A stretch of 64,000 nucleotides of DNA, taken from contig CAWJTV010000041.1 of assembly GCA_963845755.1 (NCBI GenBank), positions 718,418-782,417 on the forward strand, given 5' to 3'. Below, piece after piece: positions 11,920 through 22,743 of this stretch. The first letter of the stretch is position 1. Each line of letters opens with the position of its first letter. The position numbers and the translations under genes were made by a program. Under the pieces are notes generated by a model. That model did no database searches. It saw only the letters and a program-made list of their open reading frames with translations, and was not told the origin of the DNA. This DNA comes from an uncultured Planctomycetota bacterium (GTDB lineage: Bacteria > Planctomycetota > Planctomycetia > Isosphaerales > Isosphaeraceae).

Positions 11920-13290
11920 TCAATCGCGATCCTTGCCCATCTTCTTCCGGAGAGGAATAGGCCCGAAAATGCTCGACCCCGGCGGCAGAGGCTCGTTGCC
12001 GGACATGACCTTGTCGTAGAGGTTCGGAGGCAGGACGCGGACGACCGTCGTGAGGCCCTTGACGTGCGACCAGTCCCGGCGCATTCCGCGCGACTCGCGT
12101 TTGGCCAGGGGCCCGGTGTCATCCTCGGGGACCGACATGCCCATCTCCATGGACATGCCGCCCTCCATGTTCTGGGGGAAGCCCGGCACGGCCGCGCGGG
12201 GATCGTCCAGCGGCACGCGCATCATCGGGCCCGCCATCGAGATCATGTGGTTCATCGTATGATGGAACATGTGGCAGTGCATGATCCAGTCGCCGGGGTT
12301 GTTCGCGATGAACTCGACGTCGCGCGCCTGGGCCACGCCGATCAGCACGTTATTGCCCGGGATCCAGCCCGATTCCGGGATGCGGCCCCCCTCGGTCCCC
12401 GTGACCCACCAGGTGTGGCCGTGCAGGTGGATCGGGTGATGATTGGCCGTGCTGAAGTTCACCAGCCGGAGCCGGACCCGGTGTCCCAGTTTGACCACGA
12501 TCGGCGTGGTCAGCGGTGCGCAGCGGCCGTTGAATGTCAGGAAGTTGAATTCCATCCCCTGGCTGTTGGGGATCGTGGTATTGGGCAAGATCTGGAATTC
12601 CTGCGTGATCAGGCCGAAGTCCTGGTCGACGACCGGCTCGTAGGTCTCCTTGGGATGAATGATGAACAGGCCGACCATGCCCATCGCTTCCTGCATGGCG
12701 ACATGAGCATGGTAGAAGAACGTGCCGTGCTGGTGGAGTGTGAACTCGTAGACGAATGCCTCGCCGGGTGGGATGAAGTCCTGTACCAGGCCGGGCACGC
12801 CGTCCTGGCTGACGGGGATCTCCAGGCTGTGCCAGTGAATCGAGGTGAACTCGGGAAGCCGGTTCTCGACGATGATCCGCACCCGGTCCCCCTGGTTCAC
12901 CTCAATCATCGGGCCGGGCATCGTGCCGTTGAAGCCCCAGACGTCCACCTCGAGGTGCGGGAGGAACTCTCGCTTCACGGGCATCGCGATGAGATGGAAC
13001 TCCTTGGCGCCGTCGCGGAACGTCCAGGGGAGCTTGGCCAGGTCGGGTACGTCAACCGACACGGGCGGCAGCCCCGGCTTTCGCAGGCCGGGGACGAGCT
13101 TGCCCCGGTCGGTCGGGCTGCCGACCGGCCCGCCCGGGCCGGGGCGTTCCCGAGGATAATCCGTGTGAGGATTCGGCGCCTGAGGCGGTTCGGCGGCACG
13201 CGCCGGACTGTCGGCTCCGACGGCCCTCAAGCCGGCCGCGACTACCGGACCGGTCCCCAGGAACTCACGACGCGTGCTCGGTTGGTCCAC
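11920..13290 (-). CDS. Tat-exported two-domain multicopper oxidase
   Basis: RREFL Tat motif; 'TSIHWH', 'GTFFYHAH', 'HHPIHLHGH', 'WIMHCHMFHH' copper-binding motifs. Confidence 0.9.
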   Translation of the reverse strand: MDQPSTRREFLGTGPVVAAGLRAVGADSPARAAEPPQAPNPHTDYPRERPGPGGPVGSPTDRGKLVPGLRKPGLPPVSVDVPDLAKLPWTFRDGAKEFHLIAMPVKREFLPHLEVDVWGFNGTMPGPMIEVNQGDRVRIIVENRLPEFTSIHWHSLEIPVSQDGVPGLVQDFIPPGEAFVYEFTLHQHGTFFYHAHVAMQEAMGMVGLFIIHPKETYEPVVDQDFGLITQEFQILPNTTIPNSQGMEFNFLTFNGRCAPLTTPIVVKLGHRVRLRLVNFSTANHHPIHLHGHTWWVTGTEGGRIPESGWIPGNNVLIGVAQARDVEFIANNPGDWIMHCHMFHHTMNHMISMAGPMMRVPLDDPRAAVPGFPQNMEGGMSMEMGMSVPEDDTGPLAKRESRGMRRDWSHVKGLTTVVRVLPPNLYDKVMSGNEPLPPGSSIFGPIPLRKKMGKDRD

Positions 13291-13545
13291 GATCGGGCCT
13301 CCAGGATTGACTCGGATGCGTTCGAGATCATTGGCCCCATTCCGGAGACCACGACAATTATTCCACACGAGCATGCCGCGGGCGTGGGATCGTCCATTGG
13401 CCCGAGATGCCCCGTCGCCCATCCGCGGATCTCCGACGGAATCCCCAGTGAACTGACCGGAATGCCTGCCATCACCAAGATTATCCGATATCCCTGGTAT
13501 CGGATTCCTGGTGATCCGCACTGGATGCTTGCTCTCCAACGAACG

Positions 13546-14235
13546 ATGAGGGTCACGATGCTGCTGAAAACCGAGTGGGTCGAGCGGTTTATTGGGGCCT
13601 GCGCTAAGGTGCGATTGGCGCGTCGACGGGCCCTGACCGGCGGGCATTTGATCTACTCGACCATTCCCGAGGGGCGATGCTGGGTGGTGACGACCGGCTA
13701 CGTCAAGCTGATCGAGCCCCGTGCCGACGGCAATCGCTTCGTCCGGCTGATCCTGGGCCGCGGCGGTCTCTTCGGGGATCGGCCGTTCGGGGCGGGCGCG
13801 TTCCGCGGGTTCGCCTCGCCCCAGCACGAACAGGCCGTCGCCCACGGTCCCGCGGTGGTGCTCGAACTGGATCGCGAGGACCTCGAGGCTGCGGCGAACG
13901 CCCAGGCCGAGGTCGCCACCCTGCTGCTCGAATCGGTGACCACCCGCGCGCAGTTTCTCGAGCGCCGGCTGCTCTGGCAATTCACCACACCGATCCGGTC
14001 CCGGCTGGCTGCCGCACTTCGGGACCTGATCTGCTACGAGGGCGGGCGCTGCCGGCACGGCCACACGATCGACGTCCGACTGAGCCACCAGGACCTGGCG
14101 GAACTCGTCGGCGCGGCACGCCCGGTGGTTAGCGCCGAACTGGTCCAGATGCGGCGCGAGGGATTGGTCGAGTACACGCGATGCTACTTCTGCGTGGACG
14201 ACCTTGCCGGTCTGGACCGCGTCGCCGCCGGGTAG
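13546..14235 (+). CDS. Crp/Fnr-family transcriptional regulator
   Basis: cNMP-binding fold 'GYVKL...LILGRGGLFG' and HTH 'LSHQDLAELVGAARPVVSAEL'; start codon uncertain. Confidence 0.85.
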   Translation: MRVTMLLKTEWVERFIGACAKVRLARRRALTGGHLIYSTIPEGRCWVVTTGYVKLIEPRADGNRFVRLILGRGGLFGDRPFGAGAFRGFASPQHEQAVAHGPAVVLELDREDLEAAANAQAEVATLLLESVTTRAQFLERRLLWQFTTPIRSRLAAALRDLICYEGGRCRHGHTIDVRLSHQDLAELVGAARPVVSAELVQMRREGLVEYTRCYFCVDDLAGLDRVAAG

Positions 14236-14369
14236 GGAGCGCCCGCTGGATACGGGGACTGGACGCCGTGGAGGAACTGCCACTCCATTCGGGTTATTGG
14301 TTACAGACGGAGTCAACTGGGCTGACGAGTCGTTCACGCTCGGAAGGGATGGTTTTCCGGGCCACCGCC

Positions 14370-17300
14370 TCATGCATTCGTCGCTCGATTGATGGCGGCC
14401 TCGACCTCGTTCCAGAGGGCGAGCCATTCCTCTCGTTCCTCGACGGACAACCATTTCATCGCGCCCGGGATGCGCAGCCCTGCCAGGTCCGGATCGGCCA
14501 GCCAACGAGTTAACCTGAGCCCGACCACAATGCGGTCCCACTCGCGGCTGCTTTCCATCTTCCTGGACCAGGCGGCAAGATCGCGTTTCAGCCACGCGAG
14601 CGCCTGCATCCGCCAGCGCGCTTGCTCCTCCTGGGTGAGACTGCCCGCATCTTCGCCTTGGCCGCGGCCGGCCAGGGAGGCCGCGCGGGCGGCGTCATAG
14701 CGGGTTCCGGCTACGACATCATTGGCAATTTGAGGGTCTACGGCGAAGGCATCGGCGTAGAGGCGGGACAAGGCGTGAGTACGATTCGTGTACTGGCAGG
14801 CCCCGAGCAGGGCGAGCTGCTCGTCGTGGTCCCGGGGTTGGTACTTCCCGGCCAGGAAGGCCGGCAGGCCCGGCAGAATCATGCGCTCGGCCTCGCGACG
14901 GAGCACGTGCCGGAGCCAGGCGTCCTGGGTTGTCACTGTCTGTGGCCTCCAGTCGTAATACAGGACGGCCCTCGCGAGCGACTTACGAGCTTCCGCGCTC
15001 TGGCCACTCCGATGCAGGGCCATCGCGAGAACGAGTCCGGGGCCTGGACCACCCACCTGGGATGCATCTCCGCGCATGGTGGAGATCGCCCGATCGAAAC
15101 GTCCTTGTCGGTATTCCGCAAGACCCTTGACGAACGGGAATAAGGGTTCCACGCGTGGGTAATCTGAGGGTTGAACACCCACAGCGAGCTCAGCGAGCTC
15201 GGCGGCCTGGCGCAGCTCGCCTTCCGGCGCGGGCCCGAGCAAACATGCCAGAGCGGTCCTCTGCGCGACGATCGGGTCGGTACTCGCGCCGAACTTCGCG
15301 AGCAAGGCCTGCCGGGCGCGGCGGTATTCGTCTTCCTGGCCGAGGAAGAGGCAGAACTCGGCGTACCCGTACCAGACGTCGTGCCGGGACGGCTTGACCT
15401 CGAGAGTCGTCTGCCAGGCGACCCTCGCCTCGTCGCCCCGACCCAGCCGCGTCAGGAGGCTTCGCAGCACGTGTTGCCTTAACGGGTTTTCCGGGGCGAG
15501 GGCGGCGGCCTTTCGTTCCGGGATGAGCGCCTCGAGGAGCTGGCCCTTCTCGGCCAGATAATGGCCGAGCACGGCGTAGAGAATTGAAGCATTGGGGCTG
15601 GAGCCGATGGCCACCTGGAGCCGATCGATAGCTTCGTCTTGGCGGCCCAGGTCCCCGAGGGCCTGGGCGAGGCCCATATAGCTGAAGACGCCCGTCGGCT
15701 CGAGGTTCACGGCCTCCAGGAACGGGCCAATGGCCTCCTTCTTCCGCCCGGCCATCGACAGCGCCTGAGCAAGCTTCTCGTAGCCGAGGGGCATCCGCGG
15801 ACGAATGGACACCGACGCTTGATAGTAGCGGATCGCCTCCTTCACCCGACCCTCTCGCATCAGCACGTCGCCGAGTGTCAGATTGGCCCAGTAATCACCG
15901 GGATGCGCCTGCTGGATTCGATTCAGAAAGGGGAGCCGCTCCTTACTGCCGGGGTTTAATTGCTTGTCGAGCGCCAGGAAGAGCGGCACGGACTGGTCGG
16001 CAACCGGGGTGGTCCTGATCAGCTCGACGAGCGCCTTTTCGTGCGCCCGGACGACGGGATCGCGGGCACGATCGCGCCAGCCCGTCGGATCCCGGTCCGC
16101 CTTCCGCGCGACTGCCAGCACCCAATCCTTGTGGCGCGGGTCTTTGGTAAGAGCGGACCAGTGATCCAGCGCAGCCACCAGCGCGTTGGGGATGTTCGAG
16201 GCCCGAACCCGCGCCGCGACCACGTCCGGGGCGTCATCGACTTGCCCGATCCCGGTCTCGCGAAAAGTCTTCTCATACTGTTCGGAGGTTCGCGCGACCA
16301 GGTGTCCCAGGACCGCGCGGGCCACATCCAGGCGGATCTCCTCCAGCCGGTCCACCAACTCCAGGTCGCGGTCGCCCTGGTCGAGGAGGCGGACCAATTC
16401 GGCCGATCCACGGTTGCCCAACCGGCCCTTGGCCCGCTCCATCGCGGCGCGTGCCTCGGGCCATGAAGACTTCTCCAGAAACCGGGCCATGTCCCGGAGG
16501 TCTTCCCCCGCCTCCCGCTCCTTGGCGATCCGCTCGGTTTCAGCCTTTCGTGCGACCGCCGCCCGATCGGAGATCAGCCACAGTGCGCCGCCGAGCAGGG
16601 CAACCGTGAAGAGCGTGCCGACTGCAACCGACGCCGTAAGCACCGGCCGCCTGCGGACCCGCCGCGCCAGCCATGCCAAGCGGCCATCCGGCCGCGCCGC
16701 GATCGCCTCCCCGCCAAGGAAGCGGCGAAGGTCCGCCGCCAGCGCCGCCGCGCCGGCGTAGCGGAGATGCGGCTCCTTGTGCAGGCATTTGAGGCAGATG
16801 GTTTCCAGGTCACGGGGCACCTTACTGTTGAGCCGCGACGGAAGCACCGGATCCTGCGAGATCACCTGTCGGACGGTCTCCGCCGCCGTCTGCGCCCGGA
16901 ACGGCGGTCGGCCTGTCAGCAGTTCGTAAAGGATCGCACCCAACGCATAAATATCGACGGCGGGTCCGCACGTAAACGGTCTGGCTTCGGCTTGCTCGGG
17001 GGCCATGTAGCTCGGCGTCCCGACCGTCGTACCGGTCAAGGTGAGGCCCGCCTCACCATCCAGCCGTCGGGCCAGCCCGAAGTCGCTGATCTTGGGTGTG
17101 CCGTCGGCGGTGAGGAGGATGTTCGCCGGCTTCAGGTCGCGATGCACGATCCCGCTCTGGTGGGCCGCCTCGACGGCCTGGGCCAAAGTCGCCACCAACG
17201 TGGCAGCCTGGCGCGACGGCTGGGGCGTGCCCGCCAGTTTCTGGGCCAGGTTGCCCCCCTCGACGAACTCCATGGTGAAGTAGGGCTGGCCGTCGTGCTC

Positions 17301-17741
17301 GCCCATGTCGTGGACCTGAACGATATTCGGATGCCGCAATCCGGCCACCGCCTTGGCTTCCCGCAAGAAGCGTGCTCGAGACTCCGGACTGGCGTGCGCA
17401 CCAGTAAGCAGCATCTTGAGGGCGACGGAGCGGTTGAGGCGCACGTGCCGGGCCCTGTAGACGATGCCCATGCCGCCGTGGCCCAGCACCTCCTGAGCTT
17501 CATGACCTGGGATCTGGGGAAGATCGGCTGAGGGCTGCATCGACGATGGGTTGCCGAATGGCGAGTTCGACTCCGACACCGGGAAAAGCGCATCCAGGTG
17601 GGCATCACAGGCGCATTTTCGCTCCCAACGCTCACGGACCTTGGGCAGCAACTCGGGGCAATGGCGGCATACCTCTTCGGGTGTATGCTCCGAGTCCAGG
17701 AGTTGTTCGAGCAGTTGCCCAACGCGCGGGTCGCTGTCCAT
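14370..17741 (-). CDS. Serine/threonine protein kinase with C-terminal TPR repeats
   Basis: 'LGHGGMGIVY', 'VALK', 'HRDLKPAN', 'DFGLA', 'GTPSYMAPE'; TM segment, then TPRs. Confidence 0.95.
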   Translation of the reverse strand: MDSDPRVGQLLEQLLDSEHTPEEVCRHCPELLPKVRERWERKCACDAHLDALFPVSESNSPFGNPSSMQPSADLPQIPGHEAQEVLGHGGMGIVYRARHVRLNRSVALKMLLTGAHASPESRARFLREAKAVAGLRHPNIVQVHDMGEHDGQPYFTMEFVEGGNLAQKLAGTPQPSRQAATLVATLAQAVEAAHQSGIVHRDLKPANILLTADGTPKISDFGLARRLDGEAGLTLTGTTVGTPSYMAPEQAEARPFTCGPAVDIYALGAILYELLTGRPPFRAQTAAETVRQVISQDPVLPSRLNSKVPRDLETICLKCLHKEPHLRYAGAAALAADLRRFLGGEAIAARPDGRLAWLARRVRRRPVLTASVAVGTLFTVALLGGALWLISDRAAVARKAETERIAKEREAGEDLRDMARFLEKSSWPEARAAMERAKGRLGNRGSAELVRLLDQGDRDLELVDRLEEIRLDVARAVLGHLVARTSEQYEKTFRETGIGQVDDAPDVVAARVRASNIPNALVAALDHWSALTKDPRHKDWVLAVARKADRDPTGWRDRARDPVVRAHEKALVELIRTTPVADQSVPLFLALDKQLNPGSKERLPFLNRIQQAHPGDYWANLTLGDVLMREGRVKEAIRYYQASVSIRPRMPLGYEKLAQALSMAGRKKEAIGPFLEAVNLEPTGVFSYMGLAQALGDLGRQDEAIDRLQVAIGSSPNASILYAVLGHYLAEKGQLLEALIPERKAAALAPENPLRQHVLRSLLTRLGRGDEARVAWQTTLEVKPSRHDVWYGYAEFCLFLGQEDEYRRARQALLAKFGASTDPIVAQRTALACLLGPAPEGELRQAAELAELAVGVQPSDYPRVEPLFPFVKGLAEYRQGRFDRAISTMRGDASQVGGPGPGLVLAMALHRSGQSAEARKSLARAVLYYDWRPQTVTTQDAWLRHVLRREAERMILPGLPAFLAGKYQPRDHDEQLALLGACQYTNRTHALSRLYADAFAVDPQIANDVVAGTRYDAARAASLAGRGQGEDAGSLTQEEQARWRMQALAWLKRDLAAWSRKMESSREWDRIVVGLRLTRWLADPDLAGLRIPGAMKWLSVEEREEWLALWNEVEAAINRATNA

Positions 17742-17811
17742 TGGGTGTCTCCAGCCGGTGATGCCGGGATTGGCTATTGAAACTCAACTGACTCGTCGCC
17801 CGTCCACTCAT

Positions 17812-18435
17812 TCATGCCGGAGTCGGTGCCCGCGGTCCCCTTAGCGGCGGCAGATTGTCCAGTTCCTCCGCCAGCAAGAGGCTGGCCCGATTCAGACGCC
17901 GCTGCACTGTCTTGGTCGAGACGTCCAGAACTTCGGCGGCTTCGGTGTGGGTCAACCCCTGCAGGCGCACCAGGCCGAACACTTCGCGCTCATCCTCCGG
18001 CAGATTGTCGATCGCCTCCAACATTCGCCGTCCGTCCGGCGTGATCCCGGAATCGCTGCTGGCCGGGGCAGGCACAAATCCTTCGCGCAATTCCACCACG
18101 GCAGGCTGTTCATCTAAGCGGCGGGCCAGGTCATTGAGCTGCCAGCGCATATGTTGGTTGGCCATCGCAAAGAACTGGCGCACAGTTTGGGGACGAATCG
18201 CACGCATGGCTTTGAGCAACCCCTCCACCACGCCGCCGAGCATTTCCGCGGTCTCCAGATTCACCGGCGGCCCGCTCAATCGTGGGTAACTGCGGTGCAG
18301 CATGTTGGCGCATAGCCTCTCCAGCCGGTGAACGGCCCGGTCCAACAACTCCCGGACAATCGGCTCGGCCGGCGCATCCCCGGCCAGGGCGTTCAGATAG
18401 CGCTGCACGGCAGCGGTGGTGGGTTCTTCATTCAC
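17812..18435 (-). CDS. ECF sigma factor paired with the downstream kinase
   Basis: 'RQFFAMANQHMRWQLNDLAR' and 'LPEDEREVFGLVRLQGLTHTEAAEVLDVSTKTVQRR'. Confidence 0.9.
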   Translation of the reverse strand: MNEEPTTAAVQRYLNALAGDAPAEPIVRELLDRAVHRLERLCANMLHRSYPRLSGPPVNLETAEMLGGVVEGLLKAMRAIRPQTVRQFFAMANQHMRWQLNDLARRLDEQPAVVELREGFVPAPASSDSGITPDGRRMLEAIDNLPEDEREVFGLVRLQGLTHTEAAEVLDVSTKTVQRRLNRASLLLAEELDNLPPLRGPRAPTPA

Positions 18436-18719
18436 GATGATCAACCCTCTTCGAGGTGCCATCCGAAACCGATTTTATCGGGTCCCGTGTCCACCTGCCA
18501 CTCTCAGTAGGTTGGCCGGGGATATGACCGCAATCGCCCTGGTGCGGAACGCCGAGGGTTGTCTGCGACAGGCTGCATTGGTGTGGAGAGGGGTCTTTAG
18601 GGCTTGTCATCCGGATGACAGATCGGCGTCCCGAAGCCGGTTAGCATCTCAACCCGGTGATCAGTCGCAAGTGGACAAAGGAACGACATCACTTTCCCCG
18701 AAATCGAGGAGATCGCACC

Positions 18720-19319
18720 ATGCGCGGATCATACCGGATGAACGAGACCGCGGTTGTCGCGGTCCTGGTCGGAATCGCCGGACTGTCTTTCGTACTGGCC
18801 GGGTCGGACCCGCCGCCCAGCGGCTCGACGGCAGGGGTCGAGTTTACCCCAGAGGGCAAGCTCAAGCAGCCCGTCGGCTATCGCAAATGGGTGTACGTCG
18901 GCACTCCGCTGACCCCCAACGAGCTCAACGACGGTGGGGCTCCATTCCCCGAGTTCCACGCCGTCTATATGGACCCCGAGAGCTTCGCCTACTACGAGAA
19001 GACCGGCGAGTTCCGCGACGGCACCATACTGGTCAAGGAACTCATCAGCGTCGGCCCCAAGGAGGCGACCAGCGGCAAGGGCTACTTCATGGGCGAATTC
19101 CGCGGCCTGGAAACGTCGATCAAGGATTCGAAGCGCTTCAAGGACGAGCCCGGCTCGTGGGCCTACTTCAGCTTCGGCCACAAATACCCGCTCAAGGCGG
19201 AGGTGGCGAAAAACGACGCCGGCTCGTGCAACGCGTGCCACCAAACCAGTGCCGTGAAAGACTACGTCTTCAGCCAGTACTACCCCGTCTTGCGTGCCGC
19301 AGCCCCTCGTACAAAGTAG
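18720..19319 (+). CDS. Cytochrome P460 family protein
   Basis: Signal peptide; 'YRKWVYVG..TPNELN', 'EFRDGTILVKE', 'GYFMGE..GLE', C-terminal CNACH heme motif. Confidence 0.9.
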   Translation: MRGSYRMNETAVVAVLVGIAGLSFVLAGSDPPPSGSTAGVEFTPEGKLKQPVGYRKWVYVGTPLTPNELNDGGAPFPEFHAVYMDPESFAYYEKTGEFRDGTILVKELISVGPKEATSGKGYFMGEFRGLETSIKDSKRFKDEPGSWAYFSFGHKYPLKAEVAKNDAGSCNACHQTSAVKDYVFSQYYPVLRAAAPRTK

Positions 19320-19368
19320 GCTAGACCGGTTGGCACCCCCCTTTCCCTGAACCAAGGTGGCACCCCTC

Positions 19369-19979
19369 ATGAATACCAAGGTCCCCCGCTTGCTGGCCGC
19401 CGGCTGCATGACCGCGGCGGCACTCCTCGCAGCCACGATCGTGCCAGGCGCGGCGCAACCCGCCCAGAAGCCTGGCGCGCAGCCGAAAACTTCTCGCCCT
19501 ACGTCACGAAGGACGGCGGCATTTCAAGGCCGACCGATTACCGCGAAACCTTCCTGCATCTGGGCACCTTCGCCGTGGCCTCGAAGCCGAGCCAGCCCAT
19601 TGATGAGATGCACAACGTCTATTCGCGGCCGGAGGACGTCCGGGCGTATCGCCGGGATGGCAAGTTCCCCGACGGCGCGGTGCTGGTCAAAGAAATCACC
19701 AAGATTGGATCGGAGAAGCTCACCACGGGCCAATCCCACTGGTCCACGGACATCAAGGTCTGGTTCGTGATGATCAAGGACGCGAAGGGTCGATTTCCCG
19801 GCAACGACCTGTGGGGCGACGGCTGGGGCTGGGCCCTCTTCAAGGCGGATGAGCCCGCCCGCAACGTGGCGACCGACTACGACACCGACTGCAAGACGTG
19901 CCACATTCCGGCCAGGAAGGACGATTGGGTGTACGTACGCGGGTATCCGGTACTTGGGAACCGCACCCCGGCCCATTGA
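19369..19979 (+). CDS. Second cytochrome P460 family protein (frameshift near 19490)
   Basis: Signal peptide; 'HNVY', 'GKFPDGAVLVKE', 'GDGWGWALF', CKTCH. Confidence 0.85.
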
Positions 19980-20049
19980 GACGCGGTGTGACCTGGCGAA
20001 TCGAGACAGCACTCTTCCAGCGGTGTTAGCAGTGAGGCACGGTTGTCCC

Positions 20050-20544
20050 ATGGGTGATCGACTGGAATTGATCGGTACGCACGTTTCCCGCTACGGGTTG
20101 GTAATCGTGTTGCTCTGGATCGGCGGGATGAAATTCACGGCCTACGAGGCCGAGGGTATCCGACCACTGGTGGCTAACAGCCCCTTGATGGGTTGGGTCT
20201 ACCACGTCATGAGCGTGAGCGCGTTCTCCTCGTTGCTGGGCGTGGTCGAGATTGTCATCGGGGTGCTGATCGCCCTCCGGCCGGTATGGCCGATGGGTTC
20301 GGCCTTGGGCAGTGGACTCGCAGCGGGGATGTTCCTGACCACGCTGAGCTTCCTGGTCACCACACCCGGTTGGGAAGCAAGTCTGGGCGGCTTCCCGGCC
20401 CTCTCGGCCATGCCGGGGCAGTTCGTCCTCAAGGACGTCGTCCTGTTGGGGGTCGCGCTGCACACTGCGGGCGAGGCCCTGGGGGCAGCCCACCCGCGCC
20501 GTGCCGTCCCGCCGTCATCCAATATGGCGAATGTCTCAGCCTGA
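20050..20544 (+). CDS. DUF417 (YkgB/RclC-like) inner-membrane protein
   Basis: 'RYGLVIVLLWIGGMKFTAYEAEGIRPLVANSPLMGW', 'TTLSFLVTTPG', 'GQFVLKD'. Confidence 0.9.
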   Translation: MGDRLELIGTHVSRYGLVIVLLWIGGMKFTAYEAEGIRPLVANSPLMGWVYHVMSVSAFSSLLGVVEIVIGVLIALRPVWPMGSALGSGLAAGMFLTTLSFLVTTPGWEASLGGFPALSAMPGQFVLKDVVLLGVALHTAGEALGAAHPRRAVPPSSNMANVSA

Positions 20545-20646
20545 TTTCTGCCCCTTCGAGAAGCGGTTTGACAGGCCGGCTCCGAGGACCTTCGCGGCTC
20601 AACGGCCCGCTGCCGAACCACTGTGCGGCTGAGGTCAAGCGCATCG

Positions 20647-20716
20647 TAACCAGAAAAATGCAACTTGACAAGTTAGCAATCCGCCCGTAACCTGCATCAT
20701 GAGTATTTTCCAGTTA
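20647..20716 (+). promoter_or_regulatory. Sigma70-like promoter overlapped by tandem TAACC-N19-AGTTA operators
   Basis: TTGACA 20665-70, 17 bp, TAACCT 20688-93; TAACC at 20647 and 20688, AGTTA at 20671 and 20712. Confidence 0.8.
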
Positions 20717-20821
20717 TCCGAATACCTTCGGGTGGCCGCGTCATCGCGACAAGGGTAGGACTGCCACCGATCAAGGCGTGGGAGACTCAGAGATTCACTG
20801 ACCAAACGGGGAGGAGATACC

Positions 20822-21660
20822 GTGAAACAACCCGAACTCTACGAGCGCTTCCGCGCCCTGCATGAACAGGATGGCGGCGTGGTGATGCCGAATCCATGGG
20901 ACGGCGTCTCCGGGTTGCTGCTGAAACAGGCCGGGTTCATGGCTTTGGGCTCGTCATCCGCCGCGATTGCCTTTGCCCTCGGCCGCCTTGACGGCGTGCA
21001 TGCGGTCAGCCTGGCGGAGGCGCTGGAGAATGCCGCCTTGCTCGGCAGGCTCACCGGGCTTCCGATTAACGCCGATCTCGAAGACGGCTTCGGCCCCGCG
21101 CCGAGGATTGCGCCGCGACCGTCGAAGCGGCGATCGCGGCAGGGATGGCCGGGGTCGGTATCGAAGACACGACGGCCAATCCCGAGAAACCGATCCACGA
21201 CTTCGATCACGCCGTCAAGCGGATTCGTCAGGCGGCGCGCGTGGCGAAGGGGCGTATCTTGCTGACCGGACGCACGGACAACTACCTGTTCGGCAGGTCC
21301 GATCTGGACGACACGATCCGGCGCCTCGTCGCGTTCGCCGAAGTCGGCGCCGATGTAATCTATGCGCCACTCCTGCCGGACATGGACGCGATCCGGGCCG
21401 TGGTGAAGGCCGTCGCGCCCAAGCCCGTCAACGTGCTGATCGGTCCTGGGACCGGCCCGGTGCCGATCGCCGAGCTTCAAGCGGCCGGCGTGCGACGCGT
21501 CAGCCTCGGCGCCGCACTTTACTGCCATGCAATGGCGAGCGTCCGGGACGCCGCCGAAGCGCTGGCCACCGGAAACATCGCCCCCGCGGCGGAGGGCCTC
21601 TGGCCGAGCAAGATCATGGGCTTGTTGCGAGAGGCGACGTCGGAGATCGCGTCGTCGTGA
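20822..21660 (+). CDS. Isocitrate lyase/PEP mutase family protein (frameshift near 21100)
   Basis: 'VMPNPWD', 'LPINADLEDGFG', 'GVGIED', 'LTGRTD', 'GADVIYAP', 'GVRRVSLG'. Confidence 0.9.
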
Positions 21661-21798
21661 ATCACGGCGGGCGTCGAGTCTGGCCGACGACGGTATGGGA
21701 TGATCGAGCCGAGGCGCCCCCACCTTGGCCGCACGTCCCGAGATGGCCTCCATCTGGCGGGCGGCCGACCTTGAGGCCAACTTCGGCGAGGCAAGACA

Positions 21799-22305
21799 AT
21801 GGATTATCTAGAATATCATTATAAAATGATAGAATCGCCCGTCGGGAGACTCAAACTCGTCGCGCACGATAAGAGCCTGGTGGCCATCCTCTGGCGGCAA
21901 GACGATCCGCGCCACATCCGGCCGAGCGCCGAGACGGAGGACCGGATGCATCCCGTGCTCCTCGAGACCGAACGGCAGTTGAACGCGTATTTCGACGGAA
22001 GGCGGAAGACGTTCTCCCTCGTGCTCGATTTCGCGGGGACGGAATTCCAGAAGGCCGTCTGGCGCGCCTTGCTGACGATCCCCTTCGGGGAGACCCGGAG
22101 CTACGGGGATATCGCGAAACAAGTCGGCAATGCCAGGGCGATGCGTGCGGTGGGGACCGCCAACGGGAAGAATCCCCTTGCCATCGTCGTCCCTTGCCAT
22201 CGGGTGGTAGGCGCCTCCGGTAGACCGTGTGGGGCCGGGTTCGGGCTCGATGCCAGATTGTTTTTGCTCACATTTGAATCTGATAACAACAACCATCCCG
22301 CATAG
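21799..22305 (+). CDS. ogt: Methylated-DNA-protein-cysteine methyltransferase (copy 1)
   Basis: 'GTEFQKAVW..IPFGETRSY', 'RAVG.ANGKNP', active-site PCHRV. Confidence 0.9.
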   Translation: MDYLEYHYKMIESPVGRLKLVAHDKSLVAILWRQDDPRHIRPSAETEDRMHPVLLETERQLNAYFDGRRKTFSLVLDFAGTEFQKAVWRALLTIPFGETRSYGDIAKQVGNARAMRAVGTANGKNPLAIVVPCHRVVGASGRPCGAGFGLDARLFLLTFESDNNNHPA

Positions 22306-22452
22306 AGGGAATATTCCCGGCCTTCCTGAAGACGAAACTCATTCTCGAATAAACAATCAAACATTATATATGGTTGAGTTGTGCACATGGTATCGCAGAT
22401 CGCCGAGCGTCTTGAAGCCGTTCGTGGGTGTCCCGAGCGTCCGGAGTAGGAA

Positions 22453-22660
22453 ATCGCGGCCTGAAGGGCCGCCGGAACAGAGCCCGGGGTGAAACCCCGG
22501 GAGAGCGAGCACGGCCGACCCCCAAATCCGGTTTGGGCGGCCTGACGGGCCGGAGGAACCGGCGCCGGCACCCCTACAGGGTGCATCGGGAAGGAGAGAG
22601 ATGACCGATCCTCGGGGTTTCATCCCGGGCTTTGCTCCGGCGGCCCTCCAGGCCGCGGGA
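22453..22660. repeat. About 200-bp foldback REP/MITE-like element
   Basis: cgcggcctgaagggccgccggaacagagcccggggtgaaaccccg pairs with cggggtttcatcccgggctttgctccggcggccctccaggccgcg; internal small hairpins. Confidence 0.75.
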
Positions 22661-22743
22661 AATCACCGCGATCCACCCTCAGGCGGTAGGGGCGACCGCG
22701 TTGCCGGTGCGCGTGCAAACGAACCGTTCAGTGCTCGAGGGAG

